A DNA stretch of 64,000 nucleotides from Squalus acanthias (Eukaryota), in contig CM059432.1 of the NCBI GenBank assembly GCA_030390025.1, positions 3,038,001 to 3,102,000 on the forward strand. The letters are read 5' to 3'. Position 1 is the stretch's first letter. Each line of letters opens with the position of its first letter. The position numbers and the translations under genes were made by a program. A model generated the notes under the pieces. It saw only the letters and a program-made list of their open reading frames with translations. It searched no databases and had not been told where the DNA came from. Of the stretch, positions 1 to 10,123 are shown in pieces.

Positions 1-105
1 TTACCGTAAATTGCCACACAAAAGCCCACTAAAATGCAATGGACAGCGGTAAGGGTGATGAACGGTGAGTGCCGTTCATTCACCGCTGACAGCAAAATCC
101 GGGCC
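1..105. mobile_element. Probable right end of a Harbinger-type MITE continuing off the left edge
   Basis: Ends in AAAATCCGGGCC (reverse complement GGCCCGGATTTT), resembling the TIR GGGCTGGATTTT of the MITE at 30572-31168; the partner TIR is outside the window. Confidence 0.4.
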
Positions 106-256
106 ATTATTCTCACCCGCAGTGAAATTCCTGGTTAGGTGTCAGCCAGTGGCTCGGTAGGTAGCACTCTCGCCTCTAAGTCAGAAGGTTGTGGGTTCAA
201 GTCCCACTCCAGAGACTCGAGCACAAAAATCTAGGCTGACACTCCCAGTGCAGTAC

Positions 257-2326
257 AGAAACATAGAAAAATAGGAGCAGGAGTAGTCCATTCGGCCCTT
301 CGAGCCTGCTCCGCCATTCAATATGATCATGGCTGATCCTCTATCTCAATACCATATTCCCGCTCTCTCCCCATACCCCTTGATGCCTTTTGTGTCTAGA
401 AATCTATCTATTTCCTTCTTAAATATATTCAGTGACTTGGCCTCCACAGCCTTCTGTGGTAGAGAATTCACCAGGTTCACCACCCTCTGAGTGAAGAAGT
501 TTCTCCTCATCTCAGTCCTAAATGTCCTACCCCATATCCTGAGACTGTGACCCCTCGTTCTAGACCCCCCAGCCAGGGGAAACATCCTCCCTGCATCCAG
601 TCTGTCTAGCCCTGTCAGAATTTTATACATTTCAATTAGATCCCCTCTCATTCTTCTAAACTCCAGTGAATACAGGCCTAGTTGACCCAATCTCTCCTCA
701 TACGACAGTTCTGCCATCCCAGGAATCAGTCTGGTGAACCTTCGCTGCACTCCCTCTATGGCAAATATATCCTTTCTTAGGTAAGGAGACCAAAACTACA
801 CACAGTACTCCAGGTGTGGTCTCACCAAGGCCCTGTATAACTGTAGTAAGACATCCTTGCTCCTGTACTCAAATCCTCTTGCAATGGAGGCCAACATACC
901 ATTTGCCTTCCTAACTGCTTGCTGCACCTGCATGTTTGCTTTCAGTGACTGGTGTACAAGGACACCCAGGTCCCTTTGTACATCAACATTTCCCAATCTA
1001 TCACTATTTAAATAATACTCTGCCTTTCTGTTTTTCCTACTGAAGTGGATAACTTCACATTTATCCACGTTATACTGCATCTGCCTTGCATTTGCCCACT
1101 CACTCAACTTGTCTAAATCGCCTTGAAGCCTCTTTGCATCCTCCTCACAACTCACAATCTCACCTAGTTTCGTGTCGTCAGCAAACTTGGAAATATTACA
1201 TTTGGTTCCCTCATCCATACATTGATATATATTGTGAATAGCTGGGGCCCAAGCACTGATCCCTGCGGTACCCCACTAGTCACCGCCTGCCACCCTGAAA
1301 AAGACTCATTTATTCCTACTCTGTTTCCTGTCTGTTAACCAATTTTCAATCCATGCCAGTATATTACCCCCAATCCCATGTGCTTTAATTTTGCACACTA
1401 ACCTCTTATGTGGGACTTTATCAAAGGCCTTCTGAAAATCCAAATACACCACATCCACTGGTTCTCCCTTATCTATTCTACCAGTTACATCCTCAAAAAA
1501 CTCCAGTCGGTTTGTCAAACACGATTTCCCTTTCATAAATCCATGTTGACTTTGTCTAATCCCGTTGATATTTTCTAAGTGTCCTGTTATCACATCCTTT
1601 ATAATAGACTCTAGCATTTTCCCTACTACTGATGTAGTTCCCGGTTTTCTCTCTCCCTCCTTTTTAAAAAAAATAGTGGGGTTACATTTGCCACCCTCCA
1701 ATCTGCAGGAACTAATCTATAGAATTTTGGAAGATGACAACCAATGCATCCACTATTTCCATGGCTACCTCTTTTAGTACTCTGGGATGCAGATTATCAG
1801 ACCCTGGGGATTTATCGGCTTTCAGTCCCATTAATTTCTCCAGCACTATTTTTTTACTAATACTAATTTCCTTTAATTCCTCCTTCTCACTAGACCCTTG
1901 ATTCCCTAGCATTTCTGGGAATTTATTTGTGTCCTCTTCCATGAAGACAGAACCAAAGTAATTGTTTAATTGCTCTCCATTTCCTTGTTCCCCATTATAA
2001 ATTCTCCCGTTTCTGACTGTAAGGGACCGTAAATAACAACAGAAAACGCTGGAAAAACTCAGCGGGCCAGACAACATCTGTGGAGAGAGAACGCTGTAAG
2101 GGACCTACATTTGTCTTCACTAATCATTTTCTTTTTACATACTTGTGGAAGCTTTTACAATCCGCTTTTGTGTTCCTTGCAAGTTTACTCTCATACTCTA
2201 TTTTTCCCCTCTTAATCAATCTCTTGGTCCTTTTTTGCTGAACTCTAAACTGCTCCCAATCCTCAGGCTTGCTACTTTTTCTGGCAAATTTATATGACTC
2301 CTCTTTGGATCTAATACTATCCTTAA
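257..2326 (-). mobile_element. 5'-truncated CR1-clade LINE, decayed ORF2 (RT and C-terminus) plus 3' UTR
   Basis: Minus-strand ORF pieces with [34 protein letters not shown] and RPHLEYCV motifs; several frameshifts; (TTTCTATG)-type tail at the low end. Confidence 0.95.
2029..2093. mobile_element. 65-bp insertion, probably a terminal fragment of a second Penelope-like family, with 12-bp TSD
   Basis: Flanked by CTGTAAGGGACC at 2017-2028 and 2094-2105 and interrupts the CR1 ORF2. The family call rests on remembered resemblance to fish/shark Penelope termini. Confidence 0.55.
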
Positions 2327-2803
2327 AGGGAGTGCTGCACTGTCAGAGGTGCCGTTTTTCAGATGAGACGTTAAACCGAGGCCCCGTCTGTTTTCTCAGG
2401 TGGACGTACAAGATCCCACGGCCACTATTTCTGAGAAGAAGAGCAGGGGGGAGTTCTCCTCGGTGTCCTGGGGCCAATATTTATCCCTCAATCAACATCA
2501 CTAAAACAGATGATCTGGTCATTATCACATTGCTGTTTGTGGGATCTTGCTGTGCGCAAATTGGCTGCCGCGTTTCCTACATTACAACAGTGACTCCACT
2601 TCAAAAAGGTACTTCACTGGCTGTGAAGTGCTTTGGGATGCCCTGAAGTAGTGAAAGGCGCTATAGAAATGCAAGTCTTTCTTTCACTGTCGGACAGATT
2701 CCGTACTGAGCCATACAGATCAGGAAGATCCCAGGTTTGATTACTGATGTATCTGGAGTTAACTGGTTGAGTTTCAGTGTGTGTGGGTGGTGAGTGTATG
2801 TGT

Positions 2804-3563
2804 GGCCCAGAATCTCCTGGAGCGGGGCAACTAGCGGCGTCCTCCGTTAGTTAGACTTTCTCCCTCGCCCTTCAGCTTGAAAATTTTTTCCCCGTAACTT
2901 GCCGGGAGTGCGAGCTGATAACGGCACGGTGAGGGCCACGGGGCATCTGGGACCTCGGTGAACGGCGGGACCAACAGTCTATCTCCTCAACCAATGAGAC
3001 TGAAGGATTGAGAAATAAACAGAGGAACGACAGAGAAGGAAATCGGGTGAATTAGAGTCAATTCAGGTACAGAAAGAGAAATAAAGAGAGAAAAGAAAGA
3101 TTGGATTGAGAGAGAGTGAAAAAAGAGACAGAAAGGATCAGACAGAAAAAAATGTAACATTTAACTAACCTCTAGTAACAGTTTACTAGCTGCAGGAGTG
3201 AGACTCCACAGTTTCAATTGCTCACTTTCCGAGCCAGAGAGGTCGAGCTTCATGACTGGACCATAAATGACGTCATTAACGGGATCCTTACAACATGAAA
3301 TACCAGCCCATGTTATCTGCGGTGAGATTTGTTCGTATTTACGGCGCAAATCCAGCAATTTCTTGAGACTCACGGGGAGGTCGAGGGCGAGCTGCTGTAT
3401 TCGCGAGGCTAAAGGCGGAGCGGCACAAATCGTCCGGCGAATTGCGGCGATTCAAAACTCACGGCATATCTCTTTCCCGCCACAAGTTGTTTTGGTTTTT
3501 TTACGCACTTATAATGGCGAGCGCCATTAAACGCTCCGTGATTTTCGCAGCCGATTCTGGACC
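2804..3563. mobile_element. Old non-autonomous TIR element (Harbinger-like MITE)
   Basis: Left end GGCCCAGAATC versus right-end reverse complement GGTCCAGAATC; CpG-rich subterminal regions; non-coding interior; flanking trinucleotides do not match. Confidence 0.5.
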
Positions 3564-3826
3564 ATTATAATCAGTTTGGGGCTCCCGTCCCTGATCATTA
3601 TTCAGTGACTGTTGCTGCAAATGTGCGGACGCTTTGACGAGGGAAGGATTACATAAAGAACATAAGAAATAGGAGCAGGAGTCGGCCATTTGGCCCCTCG
3701 AGCCTGCTCCGCCATTCAATAAGATCACAGCTGATCTTCGACCTCAACTCCACTTTCCTGCCCGATCCCCATATCCCCTGGTTTCCTTAATATCCAAAAT
3801 CTATCGATCTCTGTCTTGAATGTACA

Positions 3827-4052
3827 TGATGTGGAGATGCCGGTGTTGGACTGGGGTGGACAAAAATGAGAAGTCGCACAACACCAGGTTATAGTCCAAC
3901 AGTTTTATTTGAAATCACGAGCTTTCGGAGCTGCTGCCCCTTCGTCAGGTAAAGTGTACTCTGGGTGGGGGACTAAGGAGCAGCGCTCCGAAAGCTCGTG
4001 ATTTCAAATAAAACTGTTGGACTATAACCTGGTGTTGTGCGACTTCTCACTT
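3827..4052. mobile_element. Penelope-like pLTR relic in inverted (head-to-head) configuration, 11-bp TSD
   Basis: TSD TTGAATGTACA at 3816-3826 and 4053-4063. About 78-bp inverted arms (~3864-3942 and ~3975-4052) contain AAATAAA(A/T)CTGTTGGACTATAACCTGGTGTTGTGCGACTTCTCA, also seen at 8742 and ~58584. Confidence 0.75.
3915..3952 (-). ncRNA. Minimal type I hammerhead ribozyme motif
   Basis: Minus strand reads UUAC-CUGACGA-A-GGGGC-AGCA-GCUCC-GAAA-GC-UC-GUGA: core CUGANGA...GAAA, 5-bp stem II, stem I UUAC/GUGA, palindromic AGCU in place of stem III. Confidence 0.7.
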
Positions 4053-4107
4053 TTGAATGTACACGACTGAGCCTCCACAGCCCTCTGGGGTAAAGAATGC
4101 TTTTTAG

Positions 4108-4592
4108 TATGCATGTAGTCCTGTTCTGAATCTATCCCATTTAGCACGGTGGTAGTGCCACACAACACGATGGCGGGTGTCCTCAGTGTGAAGACGGGAC
4201 ATCGTCTCCACAATGACTGTGCGGTGGTCACTGCTACCAATACTGTCATGGACAGATGCATCTGTGACAGGTAGATTGGCGAGGACGAGGTCAAGTAGGT
4301 TTTTCCCCTCGTGTTGGTTCTCTCACCACCTGTTGCAGGTCCAGACTGGCAGTTATGTCCTTCGGGACTCGGCCAGCTCAGTCAGTAGTGGTGCTACCGA
4401 GCCACTCTTGGTGATGGACATTGAAGCCCCCCACCCAGAGTACATTCTGTGCCCTTGCTACTCTCAGTGCTTCTTCCAAGTAGTGTTCAACATGGAGGAG
4501 TACTGATTCATCAGCTGAGGGAAGGCGGTAGGTGGTAATCAGCAGGAGGTTTCCTTGTCCATGCTTGACCTGAAGCCATGAGACTTCATGGG
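4108..4592 (-). mobile_element. Endonuclease-domain fragment of a second LINE family (CR1/L2 group)
   Basis: Translates to ...HEVSWLQVKHGQGNLLLITTYRLPSADESVLLHVEHYLEEALRVARAQNVLWVGGFNVHH..., resembling APE endonuclease YRPP and GDFN motifs; differs from the main CR1 family. Confidence 0.7.
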
Positions 4593-4945
4593 GATTGACA
4601 GGGTAGATGCTGAGAGGTTGTTTCCCCCTGGCTGGAGAGTCTAGGACTAGGGGGCATAGTCTCAGGATAAGGGGTCGGCCATTTAGGACTGAGATGAGGA
4701 GGAATTTCTTCACTCAGAGGGTTGTGAATCTTTGGAATTCTCTGCCCCAGAGGGCTGTGAATGCTGAGTCTTTGAGTATATTCAAAGCTGAGATCGATAG
4801 ATTTTTGGACTCTAGGGGAATCAAGGGATATGGGGATCGGGCGGGAAAGTGGAGTTGAGGTCGAAGATCAGCCATGATCTTATTGAATGGCGGAGCAGGC
4901 TCGAGGGGCCGAATGGCCGACTCCTGCTCCTAATTCTTATGTTCT

Positions 4946-4947
<2 letters not shown>
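4590..4947 (+). mobile_element. CR1 3' end fragment
   Basis: FPLAGESRTRGHSLRIRGRPFRTEMRRNFFTQRVVNLWNSLP C-terminus and TTCTTATGTTCTTA tail. Confidence 0.9.
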
Positions 4948-4977
<30 letters not shown>

Positions 4978-5065
4978 GCTAGGAGGGTCTGGGGAGAGAG
5001 AGAGAGAGAGAGAGGCTAGGAGGGGCTGGGGAGAGAGAGAGAGAGAGAGAGGCTAGGAGGGGCTG

Positions 5066-5099
<34 letters not shown>

Positions 5100-5379
5100 C
5101 TAGGAGGGTCTGGGGAGAGAGAGAGAGAGAGAGAGGCTAGGAGGGGCTGGGGAGAGAGAGAGAGAGAGAGAGGCTAGGAGGGTCTGGAGAGAGAGAGAGA
5201 GAGAGAGGCTAGGAGGGGCTGGGGAGAGAGAGAGAGAGAGAGAGGCTAGGAGGGGCTGGGGAGAGAGAGAGAGAGAGAGAGAGAGGCTAGGAGGGTCTGG
5301 GGAGAGAGAGAGAGAGAGAGAGGCTAGGAGGGGCTGGGGAGAGAGAGAGAGAGAGAGAGAGAGAGGCTAGGAGGGGCTG

Positions 5380-5415
<36 letters not shown>

Positions 5416-5465
5416 CTAGGAGGGTCTGGGGAGAGAGAGAGAGAGAGAGAGGCTAGGAGGGGCTG

Positions 5466-5496
<31 letters not shown>

Positions 5497-5510
5497 GCTA
5501 GGAGGGGCTG

Positions 5511-5541
<31 letters not shown>

Positions 5542-5815
5542 GCTAGGAGGGTCTGGGGAGAGAGAGAGAGAGAGAGAGAGAGAGGCTAGGAGGGGCTGGG
5601 GAGAGAGAGAGAGAGAGAGAGGCTAGGAGGGGCTGGGGAGAGAGAGAGAGAGAGAGAGAGAGGCTAGGAGGGGCTGGGGAGAGAGAGAGAGAGAGAGAGA
5701 GAGAGGCTCGGAGGGGCTGCGGAGAGAGGGAGAGAGAGAGAGGCTAGGAGGGGCTGGGGAGAGAGAGAGAGAGAGAGAGAGAGAGGCTCGGAGGGTCTGG
5801 GGAGAGAGAGAGACA
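4948..5815. repeat. Compound purine-rich satellite: ~20 units of GGCTAGGAGGG(G/T)CTGGG plus variable (GA)n
   Basis: Directly visible tandem array with a variable-length GA tract in each unit. Confidence 0.95.
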
Positions 5816-5842
5816 AGGTGGTGCTCGAGTCGGGAGGGAAGG

Positions 5843-6163
5843 AAGACTTGCGTTTATGTAGCAGCTTTCACAACGTCAAGATGTCTCAAAGCGCTTTAAA
5901 GCCAATGAAATACTTTTTGAAGTGTAGTCACTGTTGTAATGCAGGAAACGCAGCAGCCAATTTGCGCACAGCAAGCTCCCACAAACAGCAATGTGATAAT
6001 GACCAGATAATCTGTTTTTTTTAATGATGTTGATTGAGGGATAAATATTGGCCCCAGGACACGGGGGATAACTCCCCTGCTCTTCTTCGAAATAGTGGCC
6101 GTGGGATCTTTTACGTCCACCTGAGAGAGCCGACGGGGCCTCGGTTTAACGTCTCATCCGAAA
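5843..6163 (-). mobile_element. DeuSINE (SacSINE1-like), 5'-truncated
   Basis: Reverse complement of the SINE body and tail seen at 14036 and 52216. Confidence 0.85.
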
Positions 6164-6261
6164 GATGGGAGGGGAAGAGAGAGGCAGTCTGGGGCAAGAG
6201 GACCAGCATTTTCTGCAGAGCCGGGAGCAGCATCAAGTGGCCGAAAAATTCCTCCATGATT

Positions 6262-6633
6262 TTCTCTCAAATCCCTCCATGGCCTCGCCCCCTCCTTATT
6301 TCTAATCTCCCTCAGCCCTACAACCCTCCGAGATCTCTGCGCTCCTCCAATTCTGGCCTCTTGCGCATCCCCCGATTTCCATCGCTCCACCATTGGTGGC
6401 CGTGCCTTCAGCTGCCTGGGGCCCTAAGCTCTGGAATTCCCTCCCTAAACCTCTCCACCTCTCTCTCCGCCTTTAAGACGCTCCTTAAAACCGACCTCTT
6501 TGACCAAGCTTTTGGTCCTAATATCTCATGTGGCTCGGTGTCAAATTTTGTTTGATAATTGTTCCTGTGTGAAGCGTCTTGGGACGTTTTACTACAGTTA
6601 AAGGCGCTGTATAAATACAAGTTGTTGTTGTTG
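6262..6633 (+). mobile_element. L2-clade LINE 3' fragment
   Basis: Matches the other L2 copies (RSLRSSNSGLL...FKTLLKT.LF) and ends in AAAGGCGCTGTATAAATACAAG(TTG)n. Confidence 0.85.
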
Positions 6634-6954
6634 AAAAGAGGCCCAGACTATTTTCTAGGCCGAGGTTCCAGCTCTTTCAGCATAGATTGTGCCTCAGTGA
6701 TTATTAGGTTTACGTGCGAGTTGCCATAACTGGACCAGGTCAGAATGTCAGGTTGCATTTCCTTCATCTTGCCTCTTTTGTCTCATGGATTAGTTGGTTT
6801 ATTAAGACTCAGCAGTGGAGCAGTTGTTGATGCCAAACACATTCCAGCCTCGTCGTGGTTAAGCATTAGAACGGAGACATTGCTCGGATTCCAATTCTGC
6901 AGCATATAGGAAAGGAAGACAGGAACAGGTCTATATCTGAACCTCCCATCGCCC

Positions 6955-6984
<30 letters not shown>

Positions 6985-6990
<6 letters not shown>

Positions 6991-7318
6991 CGAACACAGG
7001 AACAGGAGGAGGCCATTCTTATCTCAGTCTACCCACCTTGGTTCCGTAACCCTTTTATACCCTTACCCAACAAAAATCTATCAATCGCAGTTTTGAAATT
7101 TTCAATTGATCACCAATCTCAACAGCTTTTTGGGGGGAGAGTGTTCCAGATTTCCACTACCCTTTGTGTGAAGAAGTGCTTCCTGACATCACCCCTGAAC
7201 GGCCTGGCTCTAATTTTAAGGTTATGCCCCCTTTGTTCTGGACTCCCCCCACCAGAGGAAATAGTTTCTCTCTCTCTCTCTACCCTAGCAACTCCTTTAA
7301 TCATCTTAAACACCTCAA
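6985..7318 (-). mobile_element. CR1 3' fragment
   Basis: GHNLKIRARPFRGDVRKHFFTQRVVEIWNTLP. Confidence 0.85.
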
Positions 7319-7694
7319 AAAAAGAGGGCTGACTGTGAGATATGATAAAGACAATAAAGGGGGAAAAATTCAGTATCGACCATTTTGGGGCGCTAACTCC
7401 AGCACCGCTGATCGCAAAATTGAGTTTTAGCGCCCCAAGAGGGAATGGAGCGCTAAATCAAGCGCTACACACTTCTCTTAGGGCGCTAATGTCGCAAAGC
7501 GGAGCGCTACCTTCAGAGCGCTAATCAAGTTCCGGCGCTGTCAGTTAGAGAATCCTCAGACAGACTGGCGCCTTCCAGTTCTTAAAGGGGAGGTTCAATC
7601 GTGCTGCACCGGCTCAGGCTGATCATTGCTGCTTGTGAACTGGGCCTGCAAGGAGCGGCAAACCTTCATTCAAGCAACTGAAAGCTGATCAGAG

Positions 7695-7719
<25 letters not shown>

Positions 7720-7732
<13 letters not shown>

Positions 7733-9097
7733 CTCGCCGGTTCAGCGTCCACGCCTTGGAGGCTCTGGTCACTGCCACAGGCCTTTAGGAGGATGTGGAG
7801 GGAGGTCACCCAGCACGTGTCAGCCAGAAGTGTGGTCCCCAGAACTCCCACCCAGTGCTGGAAGAAATCCAACGACCTCACTCGGGTGGTCAGGGTGAGT
7901 AGATGCTTCAAAAACCTCTACATGCCACCATCTCAACCTCATTCTGTGCACACACTGTATAAACCGCCACATCACCAACACTCACCCACCAACTATGCCC
8001 ACCTACTAAAAGTGACATCCATATCTCACGCCTTGCAGACATCAACAGCCATTCAACCATGGTAGGCACATCTGCCAAACATAGCTACACACACACTCAC
8101 ACGCTTTCCTTTTTCTTGCAGGCCGAGCTTGCTCACAATAGGAGGAGCAGGTACGAACGGGAGGAGGTGAGGCGGAGCTGCACCCCCTTGCAGACCTGGA
8201 GGAGCGAGTGGGCCGCATCATTGCCGCCCAGGTCGTGGGCACTGTGGCCGTCGGAGACGTCGACCCCCTTGGGGACAACAACGGTATGTTCATCACCTCT
8301 CCCTCTTCTCTCATCCCACTTCCCCCTCACACCACAAGCCTTTCCCACTTTCCATCTAAGTATACTGTCTCATTCCTTGACCCCTTCCTGCCCTCCTCCC
8401 CTGACCTTAACCCCACTCTTGTGCCTTTATGCTTTCAGATAATCAGCCACCACATGAGCAGTCTGGCCCAGGCCGAAGCAACGCAACGGCTTAGTGCTGT
8501 AATGGAGTCAGTGGTTGCTGGCATCCAATCTCAGGCTGCTCTCATGCAGTCTCAGCTTGATGCCACGCAAGCGCTGACTGCTGCCATCGTCGCTGGGTCG
8601 CCCACAGTCCACCGGGGATCTCACGGTGCCGCAGCAGGCCAGCAATCTGTGCTCGAGCAGATAGCTCCAGATGCTGAGGTTCTGCCCCGGGGGAGTGGCA
8701 GTGTGTCGATCGAGCAGGAAGGTGCTGTCCTCTCTCAGAATTAAATAAATCTGTTGGACTATAACCTGGTGTTGTGCGACTTCTCATTTTTCTCTCTCAG
8801 AATGACAGCATTCCTGCTCCCACCACGGTCACTCCGCCATTGCACTTGCCGCAGCCTGTAACCCAGCCATCCCAGAGTGCTGCCGCCTATGCAGAGTTGG
8901 TGCAGTCTGCAGCCGGGCCCTCCAGGCTCAGAGCTGGCCGAGGGCGTCCTGCAAGGCCATCTGAAGTCTCTGGATCCCAGACTCAGCAGCCTTCCACCAG
9001 CCTTGCTGCAGCCACTGGGGCCACATTACAGAGTAGCAGTAGGGGTGGGAGGGGGGAACTCAAAAGGGGAGGGAAATCATTAAAGAAGGGGGAGTAA
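7720..9097 (+). pseudogene. Harbinger Myb/SANT-like DNA-binding protein gene, three exons, disabled
   Basis: Exon 1 to 7894: ARRFSVHALEALV, frameshift, RMWREVTQHVSARSVVPRTPTQCWKKSNDLTRVVR; donor GTGAGT 7895. Acceptor TTTTCTTGCAG 8121; exon 2 AELAHNR/EQVRTGGG... ends 8283; donor GTATGT. Acceptor GCTTTCAG 8438; exon 3 to TAA 9097; AATAAA 9134. Frameshifts and a 50-bp insertion. Start codon not identified. Confidence 0.8.
8742..8791 (+). mobile_element. 50-bp Penelope-like terminal fragment with 12-bp TSD inside the Myb-like gene
   Basis: CTCTCTCAGAAT duplicated at 8730-8741 and 8792-8803; insert matches the 3' part of the 58490-58634 element. Confidence 0.8.
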
Positions 9098-9164
9098 AGA
9101 ATACTTTATTAGCAAATGGGGGTAGTGTGTGTTAATAAATTGATGTGTTTGTAAATATATTGTT

Positions 9165-9949
9165 ATAGAACATAGAACATAGAACAGTACAGCACAGTAC
9201 AGGCCCTTCAGCCCTCGATGTTGTGCCGAGCATTGTCTGAGACCAAGATCAAGCTATCACACTCCCTATCACTCTGATGTGCTCCATGTGCTTATCCAAT
9301 AACCGCTTGAAAGTTCCTAAAGTGTCCGACTCCACTATCACCGCAGGCAGTCCATTCCACACCCCAACCACTCTCTGAGTAAAGAATCTACCTCGGACAT
9401 CCCTTCTATATCTCCCCCCATGCACCTTATAGTTATGCCCCCTTGCAACAGCTGCCTCTACCCGAGGAAATAGTCTCTGAACATCCACTCTATCTATCCC
9501 CCTCATCATCTTATAAACCTCTATTAAGTCGCCTCTCATCCTCCTCCGCTCTAAAGAGAAAAGCCCCAACTCCCTCAATCTTTCCTCATAAGACCTCCCC
9601 CCCAAACCAGGCAGCATCCTGGTAAATCTCCTTTGCACTCTTTCCAATGCTTCCACGTCCTTCCTATAGTGAGGTGACCAGAACTGCACACAATATTCCA
9701 AATGTGGTCTCACCAAGGTCCTGTACAGTTGCAGCATAACCTCACGGTTCTTAAACTCAAACCCTCTGTTAATAAACGCCAACACACCATAGGCCTTCTT
9801 TACTGCTCTATCCACTTGAGTGGCAACCTTCAGAGATCTGTGGATATGAACCCCCAGATCCCTCTGCTCCTCCACGTTCCTCAGAACCCTGCCGTTGACC
9901 CTGTAATCCTTATTCAAATTTGCCCTACCAAAATGAATCACCTCGCACT
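9165..9949 (-). mobile_element. 5'-truncated CR1 LINE nested in the Harbinger, probably recent
   Basis: Uninterrupted 230-aa ORF2 C-terminus (9249-9941); ATAGAAC tail repeats; candidate 7-bp TSD TATTGTT at 9158-9164 and 9950-9956. Confidence 0.92.
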
Positions 9950-10123
9950 TATTGTTGTGCCTCTTAATGAATAGTTGTGTTTCATGAGAGTTGTATTCGA
10001 TAATAAATTGTTAATTTGACGTTGCACATTTTGTGATGTTTCTCATTTGACCTTTGCCCGGTGATAGGGGCTGCGAGCTGGATGTAATGATGTGGTTGCG
10101 CTGCGCAAATGCCATGTGATTTA

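Larger units (their letters stand above)
139..2683 (+). mobile_element. SacSINE1-like DeuSINE split by a CR1 insertion (head 139-256, body and tail ~2327-2683)
   Basis: tRNA-like head with A box TGGCTCGGTAGG and B box GGTTCAAGTCC. The sequence breaks after CAGTGCAGTAC and resumes at AGGGAGTGCTGCACTG; these are separated by only 2 nt (TG) in the intact copy at 14036. Confidence 0.85.
3650..4095 (-). mobile_element. CR1 3' end fragment interrupted by a Penelope-like insertion
   Basis: Tail and 3' UTR (AAGAACATAAGAAATAGGAGCAGGAG...) match other CR1 copies; resumes at 4053. Confidence 0.85.

Noticed and set aside
3975..4001. Third hammerhead ribozyme (plus strand)
   Set aside because: Has stem II and GAAA but lacks the CUGANGA core and the 5' strand of stem I.
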